Source of the DNA: Pseudomonadota bacterium | Lineage (GTDB): Bacteria > UBA10199 > 2-02-FULL-44-16 > JAAZCA01 | NCBI GenBank assembly: GCA_043798915.1 | Contig: JAZDOG010000040.1 | Coordinates: forward strand, 1-29,978 | DNA: 29,978 nt | Direction of reading: 5' to 3' | Part shown: positions 8,682-19,332 of the stretch, piece by piece | How positions within the stretch are numbered: position 1 is the stretch's first letter | How the letters are laid out: each line of letters begins with the position of its first letter | Position numbers and translations under genes: made by a program | Notes under the pieces: model-generated | Seen by the model: only the letters and a program-made list of their open reading frames with translations | The model's database searches: none | Told to the model about the DNA's origin: nothing

Positions 8682-10070
8682 ATGAAAAAAGCGATCAAGG
8701 CAGGCCTCATATTCGTCATCCTGTGTCTGTTGTCTCCCATTCCAGCCAGAGGCCAGGGCAGGACGATCTACCGCATAACCCTCGAAGACGACATCATAAA
8801 CCCGGTCACCTCCGAGTACATCACCACATCCATCGAGAGGGCCGAGCGCGACGGCGCCCTCTGCCTCATCATCGAGCTCGACACGCCAGGCGGGCTTCTG
8901 ACCTCCACGCGCACGATCGTGAAGGGCATCATGAACGCGCGCGTCCCCGTCGTCGTCTACGTGGCGCCGAAGGGCGCGAGGGCCGGCTCCGCGGGCGTAT
9001 TCATCACGCTCGCCGCAAATATCGCGGCGATGGCGCCGGGGACAAACATAGGCGCGGCGCACCCGGTGGAAATCGAGGAGCGCCGTTCGACCGGGGATTC
9101 GCTCGAAGATATTCTGGGCAGGATATTCCAGAAGGACGCCAAGGAGAAGAAGAAGGCCGCGAAGGCAGCCGCCGCTCAGCCGATGGAACAGAAGATCCTC
9201 AACGACACAAAGGCATGGGCCGAGGCGATCGCCCGCGAGCGCGGGAGAAATGCGGCATGGGCCTCGTCGGCCGTCACCGAGAGCGTCTCCGTCGCTGATG
9301 CCGAGGCATTGAAACTCGGGATCATCGACATCGTCGCGGCCGACACGGCCGACCTCGTCGCAAAACTCGACGGGCGGAAGGTGAAGATGGCGGAAGGCAC
9401 CGCCACGATCGAGACCCGCAATGCCACCATCGTCGACATCCCGAAGAATTTCCGCCTCCGCTGGCTCTCGGCCCTCGCGCATCCGAACATCGCCTATATC
9501 CTGATGATGCTTGGGTTCTACGGCCTGCTCTTCGAATTCACCCACCCGGGCATCGCGTTCCCCGGCATCGCCGGGGCGGTCTCGCTCATCCTCGCGTTCT
9601 TCGGCCTCCAGGTGCTGCCCACGAACTACGCCGGCGTGGCGCTCATCGTGCTCGCGATCGCGATGTTCATCGCGGAGATAAAGGTCGCGAGCTACGGCCT
9701 GCTCACCGTCGGAGGAGTCATCACCCTCTTCCTTGGCTCGCTCATCCTCTTCTCGTCGCCCTACGACTTCATGCGCGTCTCGATTCCGATCGCGCTGGCC
9801 TTCACTCTCGCGACGCTTGCGGTCGCGTCTTTTCTGGTCTTCATCGTCGTCCGGTCCAGAAAGCGGCGCGTCGTCACCGGCCTCGAGGGTATCGTGGGAG
9901 AACGCGGCGGGGTCAAGAGCTGGAAGGACGGCAATGGCAAGGTCTTTGTCCACGGCGAGCTGTGGGACGCCACATCAAACGAGACACTTGCAGTCGGTAC
10001 CAATATCGAAGTAGTTTCGGTTCAAGGGATGACAGTTGTTGTAAAACCAAGTACTCAGAATTTCAACTGA
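8682..10070 (+). CDS. nfeD: NfeD-family membrane-bound serine protease (long form: ClpP-like domain, TM region, OB fold)
   Basis: Signal peptide, [26 protein letters not shown], hydrophobic TM block, [12 protein letters not shown]; paired with an SPFH gene. ATG 8682 preferred. Confidence 0.93.
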   Translation: MKKAIKAGLIFVILCLLSPIPARGQGRTIYRITLEDDIINPVTSEYITTSIERAERDGALCLIIELDTPGGLLTSTRTIVKGIMNARVPVVVYVAPKGARAGSAGVFITLAANIAAMAPGTNIGAAHPVEIEERRSTGDSLEDILGRIFQKDAKEKKKAAKAAAAQPMEQKILNDTKAWAEAIARERGRNAAWASSAVTESVSVADAEALKLGIIDIVAADTADLVAKLDGRKVKMAEGTATIETRNATIVDIPKNFRLRWLSALAHPNIAYILMMLGFYGLLFEFTHPGIAFPGIAGAVSLILAFFGLQVLPTNYAGVALIVLAIAMFIAEIKVASYGLLTVGGVITLFLGSLILFSSPYDFMRVSIPIALAFTLATLAVASFLVFIVVRSRKRRVVTGLEGIVGERGGVKSWKDGNGKVFVHGELWDATSNETLAVGTNIEVVSVQGMTVVVKPSTQNFN

Positions 10071-10080
10071 AGGAGGTCCT

Positions 10081-10836
10081 ATGCCGTCACCGATGATGAT
10101 TTTTGTGGGTTTCATCGTTCTCTATCTCCTCTCGTGCGTGAAGATCCTCAAGGAATACGAGCGCGGCGTCATCTTCCGGCTGGGGAGGCTCCTCTCGAAA
10201 CCCAAGGGGCCCGGGATTATCTTCGTCTTCAAGCCAGTGGACAAGATGGTCCGCATCTCGCTGCGCCTGGTCGCGTTCGACGTCCCGCCTCAGGACATCA
10301 TCACGAAGGACAACGTCTCGGTGAAGGTGAGCGCAGTCATATACTTCAGGGTGATGGACGCCAACAAGGCAGTGACGGACGTCGAGGACTTCGGCTTCGC
10401 GACGAGCCAGATGGCGCAGACGACACTGAGGAGTGTCATCGGGCAGAGGGAGTTGGACGACCTCCTCTCCGAGCGCGACAAGATCAACGCACAGATACAG
10501 GAGATCCTCGACAAGCAGACCGAGCCGTGGGGGATCAAGGTGTCGAACGTCGAGGTGAAGAACGTCGATATCACCGAAGAGCTCAAACGCGCGATGGCGA
10601 GACAGGCAGAGGCCGAGCGCGAGAGGAGGGCAAAGGTGATCAACGCCGAGGGCGAATTTCAGGCCGCGGCAAAGCTCGTCGAGGCGGCAAAACTTATCGA
10701 AGTCCACCCGGTGGCACTGACGATGCGCTATCTGCAGACGCTCGTCGAGATCTCGAGCGAGAACAACACGACCACGCTCTTTCCCATCCCGATCGATTTC
10801 ATCAAACCGTTTATGGAGAAGCTGCAGCAGAAGTAG
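10081..10836 (+). CDS. SPFH/stomatin-like (slipin) protein
   Basis: [63 protein letters not shown]. Confidence 0.95.
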   Translation: MPSPMMIFVGFIVLYLLSCVKILKEYERGVIFRLGRLLSKPKGPGIIFVFKPVDKMVRISLRLVAFDVPPQDIITKDNVSVKVSAVIYFRVMDANKAVTDVEDFGFATSQMAQTTLRSVIGQRELDDLLSERDKINAQIQEILDKQTEPWGIKVSNVEVKNVDITEELKRAMARQAEAERERRAKVINAEGEFQAAAKLVEAAKLIEVHPVALTMRYLQTLVEISSENNTTTLFPIPIDFIKPFMEKLQQK

Positions 10837-10984
10837 CGCATTCAAAAACTCTCCCTCCCTTGATGGGAGGGAGTCAGAGGGAGGGTGACCTTGCAACATT
10901 CTTTCACCCGGTCTTCATCGCCCCCCTCACCCTGACCCTCTCCCACGAGGGGAGAGGGAAAAGAGTTGCATGCACCTGAATAGT
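10835..10984 (+). repeat. ~150-bp REP/MITE-like element, copy 1 (inverted relative to the copy at 12485-12637)
   Basis: ctccctcccttgatgggagggagtcagagggagggtgacc...ccctgaccctctcccacgaggggagagggaaaagag...catgcacctgaata aligns along its length with the reverse complement of 12485-12637. Confidence 0.9.
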
Positions 10985-10988
10985 CACT

Positions 10989-11324
10989 TTATTTGCATGG
11001 TTTCCACGGCAGATTGTAGCACGTGGTCTTTTTCCGCTCGACCTTGCCCGTCGCGGGGTCGCAGTAGAATTGGCCTTCCCTCGGCTCGTAGCATTTTTTG
11101 GTCGCCTTGTCCCTGCCGTACTTGCAGCCGCTCTTTCGGATATCACCCATGTTGCAGCTCAAGTTTGCGCCTTTCTTTTTCCCCTTCTCGGCCCCCTGCC
11201 TCGATTCGCTCGATGGTGCCTTGACCGCCCACAGCTCAGCCAGACCCAGCCGACATCCGCTGAAACTAAGCTGGATCAAAAGAGCCGCCACAACAAAAAT
11301 CACAAGCGATATGACAATCTTCAT
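10989..11324 (-). CDS. Small secreted Lys/Cys-rich hypothetical protein (111 aa)
   Basis: Hydrophobic N-terminus MKIVISLVIFVVAALLIQLSFSGC and 7 Cys. The ORF track's upstream extension comes from the repeat. Confidence 0.65.
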   Translation of the reverse strand: MKIVISLVIFVVAALLIQLSFSGCRLGLAELWAVKAPSSESRQGAEKGKKKGANLSCNMGDIRKSGCKYGRDKATKKCYEPREGQFYCDPATGKVERKKTTCYNLPWKPCK

Positions 11325-11389
11325 GTTCGCCCCCCCCTCACCCTGACCCTCTCCCACGAGGGGAGAGGGAAAAGAGGTGTATGAATAGT
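11318..11389 (+). repeat. Partial direct copy of the right half of the 10835-10984 element
   Basis: cccccctcaccctgaccctctcccacgaggggagagggaaaagag is identical to 10921-10965; flanking tcttcat and tgaatagt are also shared. Confidence 0.9.
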
Positions 11390-11391
11390 TC

Positions 11392-12345
11392 TTATGCCCT
11401 CTTCTGCACCGACATGACTACGAACGAGCCATGTTTTCGAAGGATTTCGGGGATGAGTCTCAGCTGTTCGAGCGTGCGCCGCGCGATCCTCTTCCCGTAT
11501 CTGCGGTCCACCTCCTCCGCGCGGCTCTCATAGACGGCCAGCGAATGCTCCCACGTCTTCATGGTATCGTCGATTATGTCCATCTTCCTGCTGATCGTGA
11601 ATCCGTTCGCCTCAAATATGGCCGGCCAGTCGGTGACGAGTTCCGCGCCCTCATGATAGAGGATGGCCCTCATCGCCCGCTCCTCATCCCGCGCCGGCTT
11701 TCCGGTGAAAACGAGGTCGGAGAATCCGACGGAGCCGCCTGCTTTGAGCACCCTGCGCATCTCGCATACGAGCCTCGCCTTCTGCGCGTCGGTCACGCAG
11801 ATGTCTCCGGCCACCTCAAGACAGACTATGGAATCGAACGAACCGTCGGCGAAATCGAGGTCGAGCGCATTGCCCTTCATGACATCGATGCTGCGGCTAA
11901 GCCCGTGTTCCTCGACGTGCGCCCTGCCCTGCCTCACCTGTTCGGCGCTGATGTTGACGCACGCGAGGCGGCAGCCGTGCATTCGCGCCATCCTGATCGC
12001 GGGCGCGCATATGCCGCAGCCCAGATCAAGGACCCGTTTGTCCGAAGATAACCCCGCCATCTCCGCGACGATGTCCGTGTGGTTTGCGAGGGCCTGGTCG
12101 AGGTTCTCGGCGCCGCTCTTGTAATAGCCGAAGTGAAAGTTGTCGCCATAGAACATGCGCGCATCGTCGGTGATGAGATCGAAATAGGCGCCGACGCTTG
12201 CGTTGGTGCGGCGTCCAAGTGTCAAAAGCGGCAGGCTCATCCTGATGGCCGCAGCGACCTTCCGCGCGCACCCGGAGAGCCCGGATTCGCGCCAGGTCTC
12301 CGTAAGAAAACCGCCGCCAGCTGCAAGGACCTTCTCTTTCCGCAT
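11392..12345 (-). CDS. SAM-dependent methyltransferase (sterol C24/tocopherol/RebM-like small-molecule class)
   Basis: YGDNFHFGYY, VLDLGCG, VNIS..Q, LDFADGSFD, RVLKAGG motifs; substrate unknown. Confidence 0.88.
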   Translation of the reverse strand: MRKEKVLAAGGGFLTETWRESGLSGCARKVAAAIRMSLPLLTLGRRTNASVGAYFDLITDDARMFYGDNFHFGYYKSGAENLDQALANHTDIVAEMAGLSSDKRVLDLGCGICAPAIRMARMHGCRLACVNISAEQVRQGRAHVEEHGLSRSIDVMKGNALDLDFADGSFDSIVCLEVAGDICVTDAQKARLVCEMRRVLKAGGSVGFSDLVFTGKPARDEERAMRAILYHEGAELVTDWPAIFEANGFTISRKMDIIDDTMKTWEHSLAVYESRAEEVDRRYGKRIARRTLEQLRLIPEILRKHGSFVVMSVQKRA

Positions 12346-12484
12346 AATTCTTTATCTCCAATCAGGGACAGGCGCCGTGCCTTAGTCCGCCCGCCCGCAA
12401 ATGTACATAGGCAAGTTATAACCGGTCATACAGCCTCTAGCCCTTGGCTTTCAACAAAAATGCGCATACACTGGAGCCCATTAT

Positions 12485-12637
12485 AATTATTCAGGCGCAT
12501 GTGTCTCTTTTCCCTCTCCCTTGAGGGGAGAGGGTCAGGGAGAGGGTGGCAATGGCAACCGGGTGAAAGAAATTCGCAGGGTCACCCTCCCTCCGACTCC
12601 CTCCCATCAAGGGAGGGAGGATATTGAAAAACGCGCT
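12485..12637 (-). repeat. ~150-bp REP/MITE-like element, copy 2 (inverted)
   Basis: Reverse complement reads ...ctccctcccttgatgggagggagtcggagggagggtgaccctgc...ccctgaccctctcccctcaagggagagggaaaagag...catgcgcctgaata, matching 10835-10984. Confidence 0.9.
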
Positions 12638-12667
12638 GCCGAATAGTTACAAGCGCAGGAGGCACGC

Positions 12668-14083
12668 ATGATATTCCGGAACAAGACGAAGATTATCGCC
12701 ACGATCGGCCCGGCGAGCAACGGCCTGCCCGTGCTCCGCTCCATGCTCCGCGCAGGCGCAGACATCCTTCGCATAAACGGCGCGCACGGAAACGCAGCCG
12801 AGCACAAAAGATCCATAGCGGCGGTCCGCGCAGCAGCCAAAGGGCTGGGCCTCACCGTCGCGGTGCTCGTCGACCTGCCCGGCCCCAAATTCAGGATAGG
12901 AAAACTCAAAAGGGAGCCGATGCGCCTCAAGAAGGGCGAGGGCGTGACGCTCCTGTGCGGCAGCGATTCTCAGAAAAACAGCAGTATCCCCATACCTCAC
13001 AACATCCACCTCAGCCTGAAGGTCGGAAACCCCATATTCATGAACGACGGCGCGGTCGAACTCAGAGTCCTCAGGATAAAGGGGCGTGAAATCGAATGCA
13101 GCGTGAAGGCGGGCGGCGAAATCAGCTCGCACAAGGGGATCAACCTCCCGGGGACGAAGCTCTCCGTCCCCTCCCTCACCGCAAGGGACAAGCGGATATT
13201 GCGCTTCGCGATCAGGGAGAAAGTCGATTACGTCGCGCTTTCGTTCGTGCGGTCGGCGAAGGACATGGTCGCGCTGAGAAGAATGCTGAAACGCAGCGCG
13301 CCGCACATCGGGATCATCGCGAAGATCGAAAAACCCGAGGCGCTCAAGGATATGGACGCGATCATCGCCGCCTCCGACGCCATAATGGTCGCGAGGGGCG
13401 ATCTCGGGATCGAGGTGCCGTTCGACAGGCTCCCCGGCATCCAGAGGGACATACTCGCCAGATGCCTCCGGGCCGGAAAGCCTTCCATCACCGCGACGCA
13501 GATGCTCGAGTCCATGATTCTGGCCGAGAAGCCCACGCGCGCGGAGGCGACCGACGTCGCCCAGGCGGTCTGGGAGGGCTCGGACGCGGTGATGCTCTCC
13601 GCCGAGACGAGCGTGGGCATAAACCCCGCGGCCGCGGTGGAGGCCATGGCGAGGATCGCCCTCGAGGCGGAGGGCTGCATGCCGCATCTCGAATCCATGG
13701 AGTGCCATGGCAGCGCGGAGGTCCGTCAGGCTCAGGTGATAAGCCGGGCGGCCGGATTCATAGCGGAGAGCCTGAATGCCAGGGCGATTGTCGCCCCGAC
13801 GCGCTCCGGGCGGACGCCCCTCTTCATCAGCAGAAACCGAGCGGCGGTTCCGGTGATCGCGCTGACCGAGGATCAGCGCACGGCCAGGCGCATGTGCCTC
13901 TACTGGGGGGTGAGCCCCATGGCGATGCCGCGCGCCTCGACGGTGGACAAGCTCCTCGCACAAGCCGAGAGGGCGGCGTTCCGCTCGGCGTTCATCAGAC
14001 ACGGCGACACGATAGTCATCGCGAGCGGCGCGCATGGTCAGAAGGGCGACATCACGCGCCTTGTCGAGGTGCGGCGGGTGTAG
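12668..14083 (+). CDS. pyk: Pyruvate kinase
   Basis: TKIIATIGPAS, DLPGPK, KGINLPG, IAKIEK, IMVARGDLG, ATQMLESM, PTRAE, DAVMLSAET; AGGAGG RBS. Confidence 0.97.
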   Translation: MIFRNKTKIIATIGPASNGLPVLRSMLRAGADILRINGAHGNAAEHKRSIAAVRAAAKGLGLTVAVLVDLPGPKFRIGKLKREPMRLKKGEGVTLLCGSDSQKNSSIPIPHNIHLSLKVGNPIFMNDGAVELRVLRIKGREIECSVKAGGEISSHKGINLPGTKLSVPSLTARDKRILRFAIREKVDYVALSFVRSAKDMVALRRMLKRSAPHIGIIAKIEKPEALKDMDAIIAASDAIMVARGDLGIEVPFDRLPGIQRDILARCLRAGKPSITATQMLESMILAEKPTRAEATDVAQAVWEGSDAVMLSAETSVGINPAAAVEAMARIALEAEGCMPHLESMECHGSAEVRQAQVISRAAGFIAESLNARAIVAPTRSGRTPLFISRNRAAVPVIALTEDQRTARRMCLYWGVSPMAMPRASTVDKLLAQAERAAFRSAFIRHGDTIVIASGAHGQKGDITRLVEVRRV

Positions 14084-14128
14084 AATATCCTTGAGTTTCC
14101 GCGGGGCACTTCCTATTGTCCCCCGCCG

Positions 14129-16804
<2,676 letters not shown>

Positions 16805-16822
16805 ATTGCCGCGAAACGGCCT

Positions 16823-16850
16823 TTGCCTCTCCCTTCAAGTATGCTAGAGT
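16823..16850 (+). promoter_or_regulatory. Possible sigma70-type promoter for the sctV-like gene
   Basis: TTGCCT (16823-16828), 16-nt spacer, extended -10 TGcTAGAGT (16842-16850); GGGAGGAG RBS before ATG 16881. Confidence 0.35.
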
Positions 16851-16880
16851 AAAGGGCAATTTACGGGAGGAGTTCGACCG

Positions 16881-19058
16881 ATGGCCAGCCAACCGCCGGC
16901 AACAACAGGACAGGGCGTAAAGGGCCTTTTGCTGGGCAATGTTAACGATATAATCGGCAAGTACAGCGACATCGTGCTTGCGGTCATCATCATCGCAGTG
17001 ATCGGGATGATCGTCATCCCGCTGCCCACCTGGCTCCTCGACATCCTCTTGACGATCCAGATCACGATGGCGGTGATCATCATCCTGGTCGCCCTCTACA
17101 TCAACGACGCGCTCAGGATCGCCTCGTTTCCGACGATCCTCCTGATGTCCACGCTCTACAGGCTCGCGCTCAACGTGTCGACCACGCGCCTCATCCTCTC
17201 TCAGGCTGACGCCGGCGAGGTTGTCCGCGCGTTCGGGTCGTTCGTGGTCCAGGGCAACTATGTGGTAGGCGGCATCCTCTTCCTGATCATCACCCTGATC
17301 AACTTCATCGTTATCGCGAAGGGCGCAGAGAGAGTCTCCGAGGTCGGCGCCCGGTTCACACTGGACGCGATGCCAGGCAAACAGATGTCGATCGACGCCG
17401 ATCTCCGAGCTGGCATCATCAACATGGAGCAGGCGCTCGAGAGGCGCTCCACCCTGCACCGCGAAAGCCAATTCTACGGCGCCATGGACGGCGCGATGAA
17501 GTTTGTGAAGGGCGACGCCATCGCCGGCATGATCATCACGCTCATCAACATCATCGGCGGTCTCATCATCGGCGCCGCGATGAGGGGGATACCTATCATC
17601 GAAGCGGTCAAGACCTATTCCCTCCTCACCATAGGCGACGGCCTCGTTCAGCAGATCCCGGCGCTCATCATCTCGGTCTCGGCAGGTATCGTGGTGACGC
17701 GCGTCGCCTCGGAGACCGAGGGCTCGAACCTCGGCCGCGACATCATCACGCAGGTCACCAACTACCCCAAGGCACTGATCATCGCCGCGGTGCTCCTGGG
17801 GCTCATGGCGATCGTCCCGGGGCTGCCCAAGGTCCCGTTCATCATCATGTCGGTCTTCGTGGGCGGAACCGCCGCGTTCCTGATCAAGTCCAAGGAGAAG
17901 GTCGTCCGCGAGATCATGGAGGCGCCCAAACAGGATGCGGTGAAGAAGGCGGTGCGAAAGCACGGCGACGTCCTCCCGTTCATCATGCCGTCCCCCATCT
18001 CGCTCGAGGTGGGCAGCGCCCTCATCCCCTTCGTGGACGACTCGCAGGACGGAGGCCGGTTCATAAACGAACTGATCCCGCTTCTGCGCCACGGCCTCTA
18101 TTATGAGCTCGGCGTCAACTTCCCCGGCATCCAGGTGCGGGGGCAGACTGTCGACATGGAGGCGGAGGCCTACATCATCAACATCAACGAGGTGCCGGTC
18201 GCGCAGGGGCGCATAATGAAGGGGCACATCCTCGTGGGCGAACCGCTCGAACAGCTCTCGCTCTTCAACATCACCGGCACGGAGACGATCCACCCGATCG
18301 ACGGGTCGGTCGTGACCTGGATAGCCGCGGAGCACAAGGACGTCGCCACGCAGGCCGGCTTCAGGATGTGGGACACGGCAGAGTATTTGATCCTCCACCT
18401 CTCCTACATCCTGCGCAAGCACGCGAACGAGTTCCTGGGGCTGCAGGAGATCCAGACGATGCTGACCGAGCTCGAGAAGAGCCACCCGGCGCTCGTGAAG
18501 GAATTGATACCCAAGATCATCACGCTCCTGCAGCTCTCGGAAATATTCCAGAGGCTCGTGCAGGAGGACGTGGCGATCAGGGATCTGAAGAGCATCTTCT
18601 CCACGCTCGCGCAGTGGGGCGAGATCGAGCGCGATACGCTCACGCTCACGGAGCACGTTCGCGCTGGACTCAAGCGCTACATCACGCACAAATACGCGGG
18701 GAGCCAGAACACGCTCGCGGTGTATCTGCTCGATCCGGAGATAGAGGACCTGGTCAAGAACGCGATCAGGCGCACTGAGAAGGGGAACTACCTGGCGCTC
18801 GAGCCGGAGATCACGCAGGAGATAATCGAGGCGGTGGGAAAAGAGATCGCCTCGCACCCGTTCCCGCCGGGCGCCCGGCCGCCGGTGATCCTCACGACAG
18901 CCGAGATCCGCCACTACTTCAGGAAGATCGTCGAGCTCGAGTTCCCGCAGCTCTCGGTCCTCTCCTATCAGGAGCTCTCCGAAAACCTGCGCATCCAGCC
19001 CATCGCCCGCGTGGGCCTGCCTCAGGAGATTCTCGAGGCAGCGACCGCAACGGCGTAA
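16881..19058 (+). CDS. sctV: Type III secretion export gate, FHIPEP family (SctV/LcrD-like rather than FlhA)
   Basis: FPTILL..TLYRLALNVSTTRLIL, KGAERVSEVGARFTLDAMPGKQMSIDADLRAG, FYGAMDGAMKFVKGDAIAG, LTIGDGLVQQIPAL, VLSYQEL. QMSIDADLRAG and SYQEL are injectisome-type variants (FlhA is typically QMAIDADLNAG). Confidence 0.85.
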   Translation: MASQPPATTGQGVKGLLLGNVNDIIGKYSDIVLAVIIIAVIGMIVIPLPTWLLDILLTIQITMAVIIILVALYINDALRIASFPTILLMSTLYRLALNVSTTRLILSQADAGEVVRAFGSFVVQGNYVVGGILFLIITLINFIVIAKGAERVSEVGARFTLDAMPGKQMSIDADLRAGIINMEQALERRSTLHRESQFYGAMDGAMKFVKGDAIAGMIITLINIIGGLIIGAAMRGIPIIEAVKTYSLLTIGDGLVQQIPALIISVSAGIVVTRVASETEGSNLGRDIITQVTNYPKALIIAAVLLGLMAIVPGLPKVPFIIMSVFVGGTAAFLIKSKEKVVREIMEAPKQDAVKKAVRKHGDVLPFIMPSPISLEVGSALIPFVDDSQDGGRFINELIPLLRHGLYYELGVNFPGIQVRGQTVDMEAEAYIININEVPVAQGRIMKGHILVGEPLEQLSLFNITGTETIHPIDGSVVTWIAAEHKDVATQAGFRMWDTAEYLILHLSYILRKHANEFLGLQEIQTMLTELEKSHPALVKELIPKIITLLQLSEIFQRLVQEDVAIRDLKSIFSTLAQWGEIERDTLTLTEHVRAGLKRYITHKYAGSQNTLAVYLLDPEIEDLVKNAIRRTEKGNYLALEPEITQEIIEAVGKEIASHPFPPGARPPVILTTAEIRHYFRKIVELEFPQLSVLSYQELSENLRIQPIARVGLPQEILEAATATA

Positions 19059-19078
19059 GAACTGAACCATCGATAAAA

Positions 19079-19127
19079 GCCAAAATGAAAAGGGAGGACC
19101 AATGCGGTCCTCCCTTTTCATTTTGGC
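19079..19127. terminator. Long hairpin between convergent sctV and tRNA-Glu (probable bidirectional terminator)
   Basis: Perfect 22-bp stem gccaaaatgaaaagggaggacc / ggtcctcccttttcattttggc with 5-nt loop aatgc. Confidence 0.75.
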
Positions 19128-19200
19128 GCTCCCAGCGGGATTCGAACCCGCGATCTTTGCCTTGAGAGGGCAATGTCCTAGGCCGCTAGACGATGGGAGC
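19124..19200 (-). tRNA. tRNA-Glu (anticodon CTC)
   Basis: Reverse complement GCTCCCATCGTCTAGCGGCCTAGGACATTGCCCTCTCAAGGCAAAGATCGCGGGTTCGAATCCCGCTGGGAGCGCCA: cloverleaf, TTCGAA T-loop, anticodon arm TTGCC-CT-CTC-AA-GGCAA, encoded CCA. Confidence 0.97.
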
Positions 19201-19332
19201 AACGATCTGCAAAAGCCCTCGTTGCCGGGCAGCCTCTAGCAAATCGCCAGATTACAGGCAAGCGCTAAAATCCTGATTTCCTCCCGCTCCTTTGCCTTGA
19301 CCACCCCAAGAAAATCCTGTTGTCTCCCATCC

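Noticed and set aside
160..12345. U32 + methyltransferase as an anaerobic ubiquinone (ubiUV/ubiG-like) pathway
   Set aside because: Only one U32 gene, lacking the UbiU/V Cys motif; no ubiT, ubiA, ubiC or ubiD; the methyltransferase is 10 kb away, on the other strand and of different composition.
12346..12484. Riboswitch or ncRNA upstream of the methyltransferase
   Set aside because: No recognisable SAM or other riboswitch consensus by eye; an Rfam/Infernal scan would settle it.
10835..12637. Repeats as a CRISPR array or autonomous IS
   Set aside because: No regular repeat-spacer periodicity, no cas genes and no transposase ORF.
12668..14083. pyk as part of the aro cassette through shared PEP use
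   Set aside because: Host-like composition, separated by unrelated genes, and it competes for PEP rather than supplying it.
16881..19058. Call as flagellar flhA
   Set aside because: Signatures (QMSIDADLRAG, VLSYQEL) favour SctV and no flagellar genes are adjacent; a tree is needed to exclude it fully.
19124..19200. tRNA-Glu as the attachment site of an island in this window
   Set aside because: No integrase and no convincing direct duplicate of its 3' end; the 9-nt ggagcgcca near 27944 is short and in the wrong orientation.
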